This document shows positions 22,049 to 32,614 of a stretch of 64,000 bases of DNA, piece by piece. Position 1 is the first letter of the stretch; each line of letters starts with the position of its first letter. The notes under the pieces are model-generated. The model did no database searches, was not told the origin of the DNA, and worked only from the letters and a program-made list of their open reading frames with translations. Origin of the DNA: an uncultured delta proteobacterium. GTDB lineage: Bacteria; Desulfobacterota; Desulfobacteria; Desulfobacterales; JAHEIW01. The position numbers were made by a program, and so were the translations under genes. The stretch lies in contig CAVPNL010000006.1 of NCBI GenBank assembly GCA_963706575.1, positions 736,001-800,000 of the forward strand, in the 5' to 3' direction.

Positions 22049-23245
22049 ATGGGTCGCAATTCGACATATAACATTATGATGTATTCCCACGATACTTACG
22101 GCCTCGGTCACATTCGCCGAACAATGGCGATTGCCGCACATCTCCTGGGACCCCGCATCAATATACTCATCCTGACCGGATCCCCCATCGCCGGCCGCTT
22201 TTCGTTTCCCGAGCAGATCGATTTTGTGCGAATCCCGGGAATGATTAAAAAAACCAATGATGAGTATCTCCCGCTTTCGATTAAAATTAATGCCAGGCAC
22301 GCGCTGGATATCCGCAAAAATATCATCACCGCCACCGCTAAAACCTTTCAGCCGCAGCTTTTCATCGTGGATAAAGAACCCCTCGGATTGCGCAAAGAGG
22401 TGCTGCCGACCCTCAAGTGGCTGCAGCGTTCCCGCCCCGGTACCCGGGCTATTTTAGGGCTCAGGGACATCATGGATGATGCCGCCACGGTTAAACAGGA
22501 TTGGCGCGAAAAAGGCGTGTATGAAATTTTGCAAAACCTGTACGCTGAGATATGGGTGTACGGCAACCGGGAGTTTTATAATCCGATTGAAGAATATGAT
22601 ATCGCGGAGTCGATCAGTCAAAAAATGTACTTTACGGGATATATCCCGCGCAAGACTCCCGGCCCGGAGGCGGTGCGAAATATCCGCAAAGAACTCGGCG
22701 TCAAGCCTGACGAAAAGCTCGTGGTGGTGACCACCGGCGGCGGTGGCGATGGATATGCCGTCATGCGCACTTATGTTTCCATGCTTGAATCTGCTGCAAA
22801 ACCGCTGCCGTTTAAAAGCGTATTGATCACCGGACCGTTTATGCCCAAAAACAAACGCCGCAAGATCTTTAAACGTGCCAGAAAGCAGGGTGTTCGTGGC
22901 TACCATTTCTACCGGCAAATGGAAAAAATCTTTGCAGCCGCCGATCTGGTCGTCTGCATGGGAGGATACAATTCGCTCTGTGAAATTTTGAGTCAGGGGA
23001 CTCCGAGCCTGGTAATCCCCCGTGAAACACCGCGCAAAGAGCAGCTGATCCGGGCCCAGACATTCAAACGCCACAACCTGGTGGATTACATCCCGTGGGC
23101 CGAATTAGGACCGGCCATTCTGCAGCAAAAAATTCTGTCCTTCCTGGAAGCTCCGGAACCCTATTTGAAGGCCATTTCACAATTTCGTTTTACCGGAATC
23201 GAAACCATGCAGCAGCGCCTTCGCGACTTCAGGCTTAAAAAGTGA
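22049..23245 (+). CDS. GT-B glycosyltransferase (GT28 C-terminal/COG4671-like), paralogue 1
   Basis: YSHDTYGLGHIRR, LGLRDIMD, TTGGGGDG, MGGYNS and PRKEQ. Confidence 0.85.
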   Translation: MGRNSTYNIMMYSHDTYGLGHIRRTMAIAAHLLGPRINILILTGSPIAGRFSFPEQIDFVRIPGMIKKTNDEYLPLSIKINARHALDIRKNIITATAKTFQPQLFIVDKEPLGLRKEVLPTLKWLQRSRPGTRAILGLRDIMDDAATVKQDWREKGVYEILQNLYAEIWVYGNREFYNPIEEYDIAESISQKMYFTGYIPRKTPGPEAVRNIRKELGVKPDEKLVVVTTGGGGDGYAVMRTYVSMLESAAKPLPFKSVLITGPFMPKNKRRKIFKRARKQGVRGYHFYRQMEKIFAAADLVVCMGGYNSLCEILSQGTPSLVIPRETPRKEQLIRAQTFKRHNLVDYIPWAELGPAILQQKILSFLEAPEPYLKAISQFRFTGIETMQQRLRDFRLKK

Positions 23246-24513
23246 TGAATCCCCTTCGCCGGCCTTTCCTGGGAATGATCCTGAAGGGATATCCCCGAAT
23301 TTCTGAAACATTTATCTCCAATGAAATCCTTTTGCTCGAAAAACTGGGTTTTCCCATCCACCTGTTTTCCATGCGCCGGCCCCGGGAAAACTTCACCCAC
23401 CAAAGTGTTAACCGGATTCAGGCAGCCGTCGATTACTTACCTGAAACTCTGTTGAAACCGCTGCCGCGCTTGATGTACCATAATTGCCTGCTGGCGGCTC
23501 AGCGGCCACGAGTCTATACCCGCGCTTTAAAAATGGCATTTCAACGCTTTTTAAGGACGCGCAAATCGGCCACGCTCAAGCATCTTTTTCAGGCGGGCTA
23601 TCTGGTGCAGCGTTTGATGCCCGGGCGGCGGATCATCCATCTGCATGCCCATTTTGCCCATTCTCCGGCATCGGTGGCCATGTTTGCGAGCATATTAAGC
23701 GGGCTGCCGTTCAGCTTTACCGCCCATGCCAAAGATATTTATACCTCGGATCCCCGGCAGCTGAGGGAAAAAGCCGCGCTGGCAAAATTTGTGGTCACCT
23801 GCACCGAATACAACCGGCGGCATCTATTGGCGCTTTGTGACGGTGAGCCGGGTGCGATTCATCGGGTTTACCACGGCATTGACACCCGGCTTTTTTCCCT
23901 GAGCCAGGATGGGATTTCGAAAGCTGAAAAGCCTTATCGGATTCTGACTGTCGCCCGCCTGATCGCCAAAAAAGGATTGCCCACCGTTTATCAGGCCCTG
24001 AAGGTCTTGCAGGATAAGGGGATTGCGTTCACGCATACGCTTATCGGTGATGGCGAAGATCGCCAAAAAATTCTAGCGCTGATAAAAGATCTGAATCTGG
24101 CCGATAACACCCGCTGGCTGGGCACTCAGCCCCATGAAGTGGTTCTGGATTATTACAAACGGGCGCATCTGTTTGTGCTGGGCTGTGAGGTGGCGCCCAA
24201 CGGTGACCGGGATGGAATTCCCAATGTTTTATTCGAAAGTATGGCCATGGGTGTCCCGGTGGTGGTAACCCGCTTATCGGCCATCCCCGAGCTGGTGGAA
24301 ACTGAAAAAACCGGATTGCTGGCGGCCCCCGGCCAACCGCGGCAACTGGCCGAAGCCATGCTGAAAATGCTGACAGATGAAGCGCTGAGAGCCCGTGTCA
24401 TAGCGGCTGCCCGGCAGCGCGTGATGCAGGACTTCGACAATAAGGTGCTCATTCGCAAATTGGCCACAATCTATCGGAAAGAAATAGCAGCATTTAAGGA
24501 TTTGGAAATTTAA
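23242..24513 (+). CDS. GT4 glycosyltransferase (WcaL-like)
   Basis: YPRISETFISNEI, HLHAHFA, TAHAKDIY, VARLIAKKG and DGIPNVLFESMA. Confidence 0.9.
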   Translation: MMNPLRRPFLGMILKGYPRISETFISNEILLLEKLGFPIHLFSMRRPRENFTHQSVNRIQAAVDYLPETLLKPLPRLMYHNCLLAAQRPRVYTRALKMAFQRFLRTRKSATLKHLFQAGYLVQRLMPGRRIIHLHAHFAHSPASVAMFASILSGLPFSFTAHAKDIYTSDPRQLREKAALAKFVVTCTEYNRRHLLALCDGEPGAIHRVYHGIDTRLFSLSQDGISKAEKPYRILTVARLIAKKGLPTVYQALKVLQDKGIAFTHTLIGDGEDRQKILALIKDLNLADNTRWLGTQPHEVVLDYYKRAHLFVLGCEVAPNGDRDGIPNVLFESMAMGVPVVVTRLSAIPELVETEKTGLLAAPGQPRQLAEAMLKMLTDEALRARVIAAARQRVMQDFDNKVLIRKLATIYRKEIAAFKDLEI

Positions 24514-24573
24514 AAATTGATGGGTCATTTTTTTCCTGGTTAAATCCGCAATCTGCAATCTAAAATCTAAAAT

Positions 24574-25686
24574 ATGAAGATTTTATTCTACGCACCTTTT
24601 AAACCGCTGGGCCATGACCATCCCTCCGGCGATCTGGTGACGGCGACTGAAATCGTCAGCTATTTGGTCAAGCAGGGCCATGAGGTCATTCAGGCCAGCA
24701 CCCTGCGTTGCCGCTGGATTTACTGGAAACCGTGGCTGTGGCCGAAGCTGCTGGTTGAAAAAAGGCGCACGGTCCGCCGATTTTTTAAAAAAAATGTCGA
24801 CCTGTGGTTTACCTACCACACGTATTATAAGGCACCGGATTTGCTGGGGCCCTATGCATCGCGAAAATTGAACATACCCTATGTTATTTTTCAGGGCATG
24901 TATTCAACCAAGCACCGGCGCAAGCTCAAAACATGGCTCGGTTTTCATTTAAACAAAGGCGCCCTGTGCGCTGCCCGGCATGTTTTTGTCAATAAAACCG
25001 TTGATTGGATCAATCTCAAACGGCTTATACCGGCTGAACGTATCAGCTATATATCGCCCGGAATCCATCCTGCTGCTTTTTATTTTGAGGATGATGCCCG
25101 TCAAGCACTTCGCGGTCAATGGAATGTTGCTGATGAACCGGTGGTGTTTTCGGCGGCGATGTTCCGGGCGGACGTGAAAACCGAAGGATTGATCTGGGTG
25201 ATTCGCGCCTGCGCTGAATTGTTGCGCCGCGGCAGTCTTCTGCGGCTGGTAATTGCCGGCGATGGGAAACAGCGGGAGCGGCTCAAACGGCTGGCTGGCG
25301 AGCAACTGGGGGAGCGCGTGGTTTTTGTCGGGAAAGTCCCCAGAGATAACATGTACCGCTATTACAGCGCATGTGACCTGTTTGTTTTCCCGGGTATTCG
25401 GGAATCCCTCGGGATGGTATTTCTTGAAGCGCAGGCTTGCGGCCTGCCGGTGGTTGCTTTTGATAATGCCGGCGTGCCGGAAGCCGTTCAGGACGGCCGG
25501 ACAGGGTTTTTGGTGCCGATGTATGCGGCTAAACTTTTTGCGGATGCCATCGAACGGCTTCTGAAAAATAATGATCTACGTCAGCAAATGAGCCGGGCGG
25601 CTCAATCTTATGTTCGGCAGCAGCATGACCTGAATCACAACTATCAGAAAATGGAAGACATGCTTCAGGGAATTGTTAATAAATAA
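24574..25686 (+). CDS. GT4 glycosyltransferase
   Basis: PSGD, YHTYYKAPD and ESLGMVFLEAQACGLPVV (EX7E motif). Confidence 0.9.
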   Translation: MKILFYAPFKPLGHDHPSGDLVTATEIVSYLVKQGHEVIQASTLRCRWIYWKPWLWPKLLVEKRRTVRRFFKKNVDLWFTYHTYYKAPDLLGPYASRKLNIPYVIFQGMYSTKHRRKLKTWLGFHLNKGALCAARHVFVNKTVDWINLKRLIPAERISYISPGIHPAAFYFEDDARQALRGQWNVADEPVVFSAAMFRADVKTEGLIWVIRACAELLRRGSLLRLVIAGDGKQRERLKRLAGEQLGERVVFVGKVPRDNMYRYYSACDLFVFPGIRESLGMVFLEAQACGLPVVAFDNAGVPEAVQDGRTGFLVPMYAAKLFADAIERLLKNNDLRQQMSRAAQSYVRQQHDLNHNYQKMEDMLQGIVNK

Positions 25687-25693
25687 TAAAATC

Positions 25694-25846
25694 TCGTAAA
25701 AAGTCAGAAAAGCGTCCTTTTTACGAGTGTGTTTTGTATTTGGTGTTTAGTGTTTAGTATTCTAACATGCAGATATAGTATCATATATTTCATACCAAAC
25801 ACCAAACACGAAACACCAAACACTAGATGAATTCGACTTTTTGCGA
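25694..25846. repeat. Inverted heptamer array element, copy 4 (spacer A), inside a TCGTAAAAAGTC...GACTTTTTGCGA shell
   Basis: Arms 25727-25759 and 25795-25824; near-identical to copy 1; 12 bp outer IR at 25694-25705 and 25835-25846. Confidence 0.9.
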
Positions 25847-25943
25847 AATTATCAATCTTTTCCTTGACCATAGTTACAAATTCGGAATTAATCCCGATCT
25901 GGTATAATTTTTTAGAGTTTGTTCCGCAAATGAGGTGAAAGAA

Positions 25944-26564
25944 ATGCCTTCTGGAGAAACCATCACCCGCTTCGGCCTCATGCGACACGCCGAAACCTTA
26001 TGGAATCGGGAAAGCAGAATTCAGGGGCATCATGATTCTTCCCTGACGAACAGCGGGAAAAAGGATGCCGATGGCTGGGGCCGCCGTTTAAAACGGATTG
26101 CCTGGGATCGCATCTTTGGCAGTGATCTGGGGCGTGCGGTTGATACCGCCGCTATCATCAATCATCATTTGCAGGTTCCGTTTGAGACCGATCCACGGCT
26201 CAGAGAGCAGGACTGGGGCGAATGGACCGCTGAATTGATCGCCAAAATTGAATCGGAAGCGCTGCCCAAGCTGGATGAAACCAAAAGGACCGGCTGGCAA
26301 TTTTGCCCTCCGGGAGGAGAAGATCGCATCAGTGTGTGGCAAAGAAGCCATTGTGCGCTGGTGGCTGCCGCTAAACGATGGCCCGGTGAGACGATTTTAA
26401 TTGTCACCCACGAAGGGGTTATCAGAAGCCTGATTTACAGACTTTGTAACCGGAGATATTTACCGCAGGAACCGGCTTTGCTCAAATCCCGGCATCTGCA
26501 TTGGTTGATTTGCGACTCCGACAGGCTTCAGCTTAAACGTATAAATGCGGTGATGCTCGGATAA
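25944..26564 (+). CDS. Histidine phosphatase (phosphoglycerate mutase family)
   Basis: LMRHAET, SDLGRA, LREQDWGEW and IVTHEG. Confidence 0.9.
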   Translation: MPSGETITRFGLMRHAETLWNRESRIQGHHDSSLTNSGKKDADGWGRRLKRIAWDRIFGSDLGRAVDTAAIINHHLQVPFETDPRLREQDWGEWTAELIAKIESEALPKLDETKRTGWQFCPPGGEDRISVWQRSHCALVAAAKRWPGETILIVTHEGVIRSLIYRLCNRRYLPQEPALLKSRHLHWLICDSDRLQLKRINAVMLG

Positions 26565-26648
26565 AATGACAGCCTTTCAATTGTGTAAATCTAAAATGCC
26601 GGCATTTTCAAATGCAACAATTCAGTATGGGGGGATGGTCCTTTCAGG

Positions 26649-27827
26649 ATGAAAATCGTCGTGTATTGTCAACATGTGCTTGGAGTCGGTCACCTGTTTC
26701 GAACTATCGAAATCTGCAAGGCAATGGCTGGACATGAAGTGATTCTGGCAATCGGCGGGCCCCGGATCGAAACAAAATTACCCGACCATGTCAGCATCGT
26801 TCAGTTGCCGTATTTGCAGATGGATGCGGAGTTTAAGGGACTGTTTGGTTCGGATAAAACCGCATCGCTGGATCAAATCAAAAAAGAACGGAAAAAAAAA
26901 CTGCTCGCCCTTATTAAAAAAGAAAGGCCGCACATATTTCTTCTTGAGCTGTATCCATTCGGGCGAAAGGCATTTCGATTCGAGCTCGATCCGGTGATTG
27001 AAGAGATCCGCAGCAGGCCATCACCGCGCTGCGGGGTGATCAGCAGCGTGCGTGACATCCTCGTTGAAAAGGATAACCAGCAAAAACACGAAGGGCGCGT
27101 GCTGGAAACGCTGAATCATTATTTTGACGCGGTGGTGATCCATTCGGATCCCAAGGTGATTACGTTCAATGAAACGTTTTTACGATTTGCCGAAATTAAT
27201 ATTCCTGTTGTGTATACAGGCTATATTGCCCCAAAGCCGCCTGATCGTATCAGGGGCAGCATTCGTAACCAGCTGGGGATCAAGGAAGAAGAAACACTGA
27301 TTGTGGCCAGTGCCGGCGGCGGTAGTGTGGGCAAACCACTTCTGGAGGCGGTGATCCAGGCTTTCAGCCTTTTAAAAATCAAAACAGGAGCCCATCTCCG
27401 TGTTTACACCGGGCCGTTTATTTCAGGAAACGATTTTGCGGCTCTAGAGCGTATGAAAAATATAGCTCGGAGCGTTCATATAGAAAAATTTACGGCCGAT
27501 TTTTTATCCTTTCTGGCAGCGGCAGACCTATCGATCAGCATGGGCGGGTACAATACGACCATGAACATTTTAACCTCCGGAGTGTCTGCTTTGGTGTGGC
27601 CCTTTGCGCAGAATCGCGAGCAGCGGTTGCGTGCCAAGCGACTTGCGGATTTAGGTGCCTTGAAACTTATCAACGACCAGGATCTTATTCCCGAGAATCT
27701 TGCCCGACTCATGCACAAAACTCTGGCAAACGCAGGGTTAAAGAAAATCGAAATTGATCTAAACGGAGCCGCCAATACCGTTAGGTGGCTGGAAAACTGG
27801 CTAAAAAGGAAATCTAAGCGTTGGTAA
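26649..27827 (+). CDS. GT-B glycosyltransferase (GT28-like), paralogue 2
   Basis: YCQHVLGVGHLFR, ELYPFGR, SVRDIL, ASAGGG, MGGYNT and REQ. Confidence 0.85.
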   Translation: MKIVVYCQHVLGVGHLFRTIEICKAMAGHEVILAIGGPRIETKLPDHVSIVQLPYLQMDAEFKGLFGSDKTASLDQIKKERKKKLLALIKKERPHIFLLELYPFGRKAFRFELDPVIEEIRSRPSPRCGVISSVRDILVEKDNQQKHEGRVLETLNHYFDAVVIHSDPKVITFNETFLRFAEINIPVVYTGYIAPKPPDRIRGSIRNQLGIKEEETLIVASAGGGSVGKPLLEAVIQAFSLLKIKTGAHLRVYTGPFISGNDFAALERMKNIARSVHIEKFTADFLSFLAAADLSISMGGYNTTMNILTSGVSALVWPFAQNREQRLRAKRLADLGALKLINDQDLIPENLARLMHKTLANAGLKKIEIDLNGAANTVRWLENWLKRKSKRW

Positions 27828-28625
27828 AGCCCGACATCTCCTTCATATCGCTTCAGGCACCAGCAGATATTATTGCCCGAATTGAAAGTTGCATAAACAC
27901 TGCCTGTGACCGTTTAACCGCCGCAGAGACCGTGCTTATTTACTTTCGAGCAGATGATATCGCGGCGCCGGGAGCGAAATTTTTCCGGATGATGGAATTA
28001 TTTTCAAACTATCGGATTCCGTTATCCCTTGCCGTTGTGCCGGCCTGGCTTACTGCTCAGAGATGGGATGACCTTGCGAAGTCCGGGGAAAGGGTTTTCG
28101 TCGCTGTGGTGTTGGCATCAGCATGGGTGGCGCCATATCAACCATGAATACGCCGGCCGCAGCCAGGAGTTCGGTCCTGCACGGCTTCAAGCAGACATCA
28201 AAGACGACCTGTTAAAAGGCAAGTGCCGACTGGAAAATATTATAGGAGACAATTTCTATCCGGTGTTCACGCCACCATGGAACCGCTGTAATCTCAAAAC
28301 CCTCAAGTTGGTCAAGGACTGCGGATTTTTCGCAGTATCCCGAAACTGTGGGGCATTGCCACCGGCGCCGCATACCCTGCCCGATTTTTGTGTTGATGTT
28401 GATCTGCACACTCGCAGAGTGATTGACCCAGCAACAGAATGGAGCCGTCTTTTTGCAGAGTTAACAGAATATCTGTCCTCGGGCCGATGCGGAATTATGA
28501 TTCATCACCGTAAGATGAATACGGCGGCTTTTGATTTTCTTGAAATACTCTTGAAGATTTTAAAAAGACACAAACGCATCCGGCTCCTCAATTTTAAAAA
28601 TTTGGCTGAAACTCAAGGTGCTTAG
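27821..28625 (+). CDS. Polysaccharide deacetylase (NodB/CE4-like); frameshift near 28090
   Basis: YFRADDI, LAVVP, HQHGWRH, FTPPWN and GIMIHH. Confidence 0.8.
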
Positions 28626-28635
28626 CTGAATACTG

Positions 28636-29808
28636 ATGAAAATAATATTTTATTGCCAGTATGTTTGGGGAATGGGGCACTTATTTCGAAGTCTTGAACT
28701 GGTGCGAGCCCTTGCCGATCACGACGTTGTTCTGATTGCCGGGGGGCGCGAGGTTGATGTCAGGCTGCCCGATCATGTTACCCTTGTGCGCCTGCCCGGA
28801 CTGTACATGGATGAACAATTTACCACCTTAATACCGGAAGATGCCGCCAAAACGGTTGACGATATTCAGCGTGAACGCAAAGATATTTTATTTTCTTTAT
28901 TGGAAAAGCACCAGCCGGATGTTTTTATGATCGAACTCTATCCCTTCGGCCGCACCATTTTTGGCTTTGAGCTTCAACCGCTGCTGGACGGGATCCGGCA
29001 GGGCCGATTTGGTGAAATGAAGGTGGTGTGCAGCCTGCGAGATATTCTGGTTGAAAAAAAGGACCCGCCGGCCTATGAAGAGCGGGTTCTAAACATACTC
29101 AATACCTATTTTGATCTGTTGTTGATTCATTCGGATGAACACCTGCTGGCTCTTGATGAAACCTTCAGCCGGATGGATGATATTCGGATTCCGGCGGTTT
29201 ACACCGGCTTTGTCTCTCCAAAAGCCAACCCGGAAGCAGGCCGTAGATTGAGGTGTGAGCTGGGTGTCGGTTCGGAAGAAAAACTCATTGTGGCGAGCGC
29301 CGGCGGCGGGCGATCCGGCTATGCCCTTTTAACCGGTATTCTGGATGCATATCATTTGTTGGGAAATTCGGGCCGGATCCGAATAGAAATGTTTACCGGT
29401 CCATTTCGGGATCCTGCCGAATTTAAAAATCTGACGGCTAAATCGGTTGACGGTGTCCGCATACGGTATTTTACCAATCGGTTTCTGGACTATTTATCAG
29501 CCGCCGATCTTTCCGTTAGCCTGGCCGGGTACAATACCTGTATGAACCTTTTGGCGGCGCGGGTTCCTTCACTGGTTTTTCCTTATTCAAAACAACGTGA
29601 GCAACCGATTCGGGTCGAAAAAATTAAAAATTTTATACCGATGAAAATACTTCGGGACAAAGATATTGAACCCGAGCTGCTAAGCCGTTATATCCAAAAA
29701 ATGTTGCTTGAATCCCGGCCTTCCGGCGCCGTGCCGATTAATCTGAATGGCGCTGAAAATTCGGCGATGTATCTTGAAAACTGGATAGGCAGCCGAAAGG
29801 AATTCTAA
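28636..29808 (+). CDS. GT-B glycosyltransferase (GT28-like), paralogue 3
   Basis: YCQYVWGMGHLFR, ELYPFGR, SLRDIL, ASAGGG, LAGYNT and REQ. Confidence 0.85.
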   Translation: MKIIFYCQYVWGMGHLFRSLELVRALADHDVVLIAGGREVDVRLPDHVTLVRLPGLYMDEQFTTLIPEDAAKTVDDIQRERKDILFSLLEKHQPDVFMIELYPFGRTIFGFELQPLLDGIRQGRFGEMKVVCSLRDILVEKKDPPAYEERVLNILNTYFDLLLIHSDEHLLALDETFSRMDDIRIPAVYTGFVSPKANPEAGRRLRCELGVGSEEKLIVASAGGGRSGYALLTGILDAYHLLGNSGRIRIEMFTGPFRDPAEFKNLTAKSVDGVRIRYFTNRFLDYLSAADLSVSLAGYNTCMNLLAARVPSLVFPYSKQREQPIRVEKIKNFIPMKILRDKDIEPELLSRYIQKMLLESRPSGAVPINLNGAENSAMYLENWIGSRKEF

Positions 29809-29826
29809 ATCAAAAGGAAAATTCGC

Positions 29827-30471
29827 GTGCAAAAAAACCCGGATCTTATTATCGAAAATTATATTGCGGAACATACCGATGACGTTTCTCCGCTTTTGCA
29901 GGATCTTCTAAAAGAAACTGAAGCAATTACCAAACGCTCACGCTGGAGTATCGGGCAAGTTGAAGGCAAATTGATGCAATTTCTGATCAAAATATCGGGT
30001 ACCCGCAATGCCGTTGAAATCGGAACATTTACCGGTTTCTCGGCTTTAATGATCGCCGAAGCTTTACCGGATGACGGCCTGCTGGTCACCTGCGAATCCC
30101 GTAAAAAATATGCTGAAATCGCTAATCGCTACATTAAAAAAAGTCCGCATGGCAGGAAAATTCGGCTGGAATTGAAGCCGGCTATGCAAACCTTGAAAGA
30201 GATTGCGGAAAACAGTGTTGATTTTGTTTTTATTGATGCCGACAAACCTTCTTACAGCCGTTACTTTGACGAAGCCCTGCGAATATTGCGTGCCGGCGGT
30301 TTCATTTTCGTGGATAACGTCTTCTGGCGAAATAAGATATTCAAACACAAAATGACCAATGAAAATGCGACTGCCATCGCCGCTTTTAACGCGAAGGTCA
30401 AGGCGGAAGACCGTGTTGAAAAGGTGATGTTGAGCGTGCGCGATGGTATTTATCTGATTCGTAAAATTTAG
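29827..30471 (+). CDS. SAM-dependent O-methyltransferase (caffeoyl-CoA OMT family)
   Basis: EIGTFTGFSAL, FIDADK, VDNVFW and VRDG. Confidence 0.9.
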   Translation: MQKNPDLIIENYIAEHTDDVSPLLQDLLKETEAITKRSRWSIGQVEGKLMQFLIKISGTRNAVEIGTFTGFSALMIAEALPDDGLLVTCESRKKYAEIANRYIKKSPHGRKIRLELKPAMQTLKEIAENSVDFVFIDADKPSYSRYFDEALRILRAGGFIFVDNVFWRNKIFKHKMTNENATAIAAFNAKVKAEDRVEKVMLSVRDGIYLIRKI

Positions 30472-30785
30472 ATGCATCCTGATCCTATTCCATTATTCCT
30501 TGAATAATTTGGGGACACATGCCTAAAAAGCACCCCGTCTTTTCATTCGAGGGGCAGAAGACTTTAAGTTTTAATAGGAACCGTTACTATTTACTATTTA
30601 AAATGATATGTGATACAGCTACACACCGTTAATTGTGGCGATAGAACGATTATACCTTCACTGAAAAATTAACCATTGCCAATTTACCGGCAAGGGGTTA
30701 AATGTGGTCATCAGCGTTTCATTGGTTTGAAATAGGTTCAAGCGATCATGTGCAGCGTGCTTTCCGGATAATAAGGATCCCAAAC

Positions 30786-31484
30786 ATGGCTGATCAACAA
30801 ATCCCGCCGACGAATCAAGTAGAATCTGCACATGTTAACCGCCAGATCGTCCTTCCGTTTGCGAAATCGGTTGAAATTGCACTTAAAAGCATAAAAGTCC
30901 GTTTTTTTCGCTCTTTGATTACGACCATGAGCCTGGTTCTGGCAGTGTCTTTTTTAAGTTTTGTCAGGGTCAGTAATGATATGGCCAATGGGTTGCTGGC
31001 AACTCAGGATCGTCATTTGCGTCAGGCCGTCATTCGATCAGGATATGATGTCGGACCCGAAGACACCAATGTGGGGGCCAATCCCAAACAGCGCTGGATC
31101 ATTATCCTATCGCTTTTAGTTTGTGTGGTGGGGATCGTCAATGCTCAGCTCATGGCGGTAACAGAGCGCTTTCGCGAAATTGGCACCATGAAATGTTTAG
31201 GCGCGCTGGATCGGTTCATCCTGAGGCTTTTTATTCTCGAATCCGGCATGCAGGGGCTGGCGGGCGCCGGGGCGGGTGCGCTGGCAGGCGCCGTATTCGC
31301 TCTGGTAGGTGCATTGTTGCGTTACGGATTCGTATCGATGACGACGGTTTCATGGGGCGCTGTGATCGCCTCGGTGGGTATTGCGATTGCGGTGGGGTGT
31401 CTCTTGAGTTTGATCGGTGTCCTGTATCCGGCCATTGTGGCTGCCAGAATGCAGCCCGTCGAGGCCATGCGGGTGGAGCAGTAA
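30786..31484 (+). CDS. Small FtsX/MacB-like ABC permease
   Basis: GIVNAQLMAVTERFREIGTMKCLGA and YPAIVAARMQPVEAMR. Confidence 0.9.
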   Translation: MADQQIPPTNQVESAHVNRQIVLPFAKSVEIALKSIKVRFFRSLITTMSLVLAVSFLSFVRVSNDMANGLLATQDRHLRQAVIRSGYDVGPEDTNVGANPKQRWIIILSLLVCVVGIVNAQLMAVTERFREIGTMKCLGALDRFILRLFILESGMQGLAGAGAGALAGAVFALVGALLRYGFVSMTTVSWGAVIASVGIAIAVGCLLSLIGVLYPAIVAARMQPVEAMRVEQ

Positions 31485-31526
31485 TTAGCAACAACCCTTA
31501 CGGGTTTTGCGATCGGCTCTTCGAGC

Positions 31527-31632
31527 CTTGAGGAGCGTTCCTTCGGAACTTTAGGTTGGAGGCGAGAAAAAACTCGAGCGAAGCGCTCCTCAAGCGAAGC
31601 GAAATTAATTTGCTGAGCGATCCTCAAGCCTC
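31527..31632. repeat. Palindromic repeat related to 61471-61549
   Basis: cttgaggagcg...tttaggttggaggc is the reverse complement of gcctccaacctaaa...cgctcctcaag near 61518-61549. Confidence 0.65.
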
Positions 31633-31689
31633 TCGCCGATACGGCGTGAGGCGGTCCTAAAACAACGCGCAGCGTTATCGGAGTTTACC

Positions 31690-32427
31690 ATGGCAGAATC
31701 CACTAATATTGTTCGTGTCAGCGAAGTTTACAAGACATTTCAACTCGGCAAGGTTGAGGTCGAGGCGCTCAAGGGGGTAAACCTCGCGATTGCCCGTGGC
31801 AATTATATTTCCATTATGGGACCCTCCGGCTCCGGCAAAAGTACGCTGTTTAATATGATCGGCGGCCTGGATAAGCCCAGTTCGGGGAAGGTGTTCATTG
31901 ATGAGGTTGACATCGCCCAGCTGGACGCCTATGAATTGGCCTGGCTGCGCTGCCGCAAGATTGGTTATATATTTCAAACGTTTAACATTATTCAGGTCAT
32001 GACGGCCCTTGAAAACATTACGCTTCCGATGATTTTCGCCGGGCTGAATAATGATGCTGCCGTCGAAAAAGGACTGCAGCTGCTTGAACTGGTCGGCCTG
32101 GGTGACCGCTATAGCCATAAACCCTTTGAGCTTTCGGGCGGGCAGCAGCAGCGGGTGGCGATTGCCAGGGCCCTGGCCAATGACCCCGCCATTATCCTGG
32201 CCGACGAACCGACGGGCAACCTCGACCTGACCACCGGTGAGGAAATAATTTCCTTACTCAAACGCTTGAGCGAGGAACGCAATGTCACGGTAATATCGGC
32301 AACCCATGATTTTAAAATGCTGAACGTCTCCGATCAGGTGGTCTGGATTCGGGATGGAGCTGTTGACAAAATCGAAGACCGTGAAGAGCTGTCCATCTCG
32401 ATCGGCAAAATCGATACGCGAGAATAG
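31690..32427 (+). CDS. ABC ATP-binding protein (LolD/MacB type)
   Basis: GPSGSGKST, LSGGQQQRVAIARAL and LADEPTGNLD. Confidence 0.95.
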   Translation: MAESTNIVRVSEVYKTFQLGKVEVEALKGVNLAIARGNYISIMGPSGSGKSTLFNMIGGLDKPSSGKVFIDEVDIAQLDAYELAWLRCRKIGYIFQTFNIIQVMTALENITLPMIFAGLNNDAAVEKGLQLLELVGLGDRYSHKPFELSGGQQQRVAIARALANDPAIILADEPTGNLDLTTGEEIISLLKRLSEERNVTVISATHDFKMLNVSDQVVWIRDGAVDKIEDREELSISIGKIDTRE

Positions 32428-32614
32428 TCGATACCCTTATTTTTTTCGGATGATTTGGAACCAAACAGAAATTAATCCACGAAGGACACGAAGTTCACAA
32501 AGGTTAAAAAGGAATTCATAAAGTTTTTTCTTCGAGTTTTTCGTGATCTTCGTGGTGAACAGTGTTTTCGCAATGCACACAACTTTAATTTATAAGGTAC
32601 CTTTTCCATTGATC

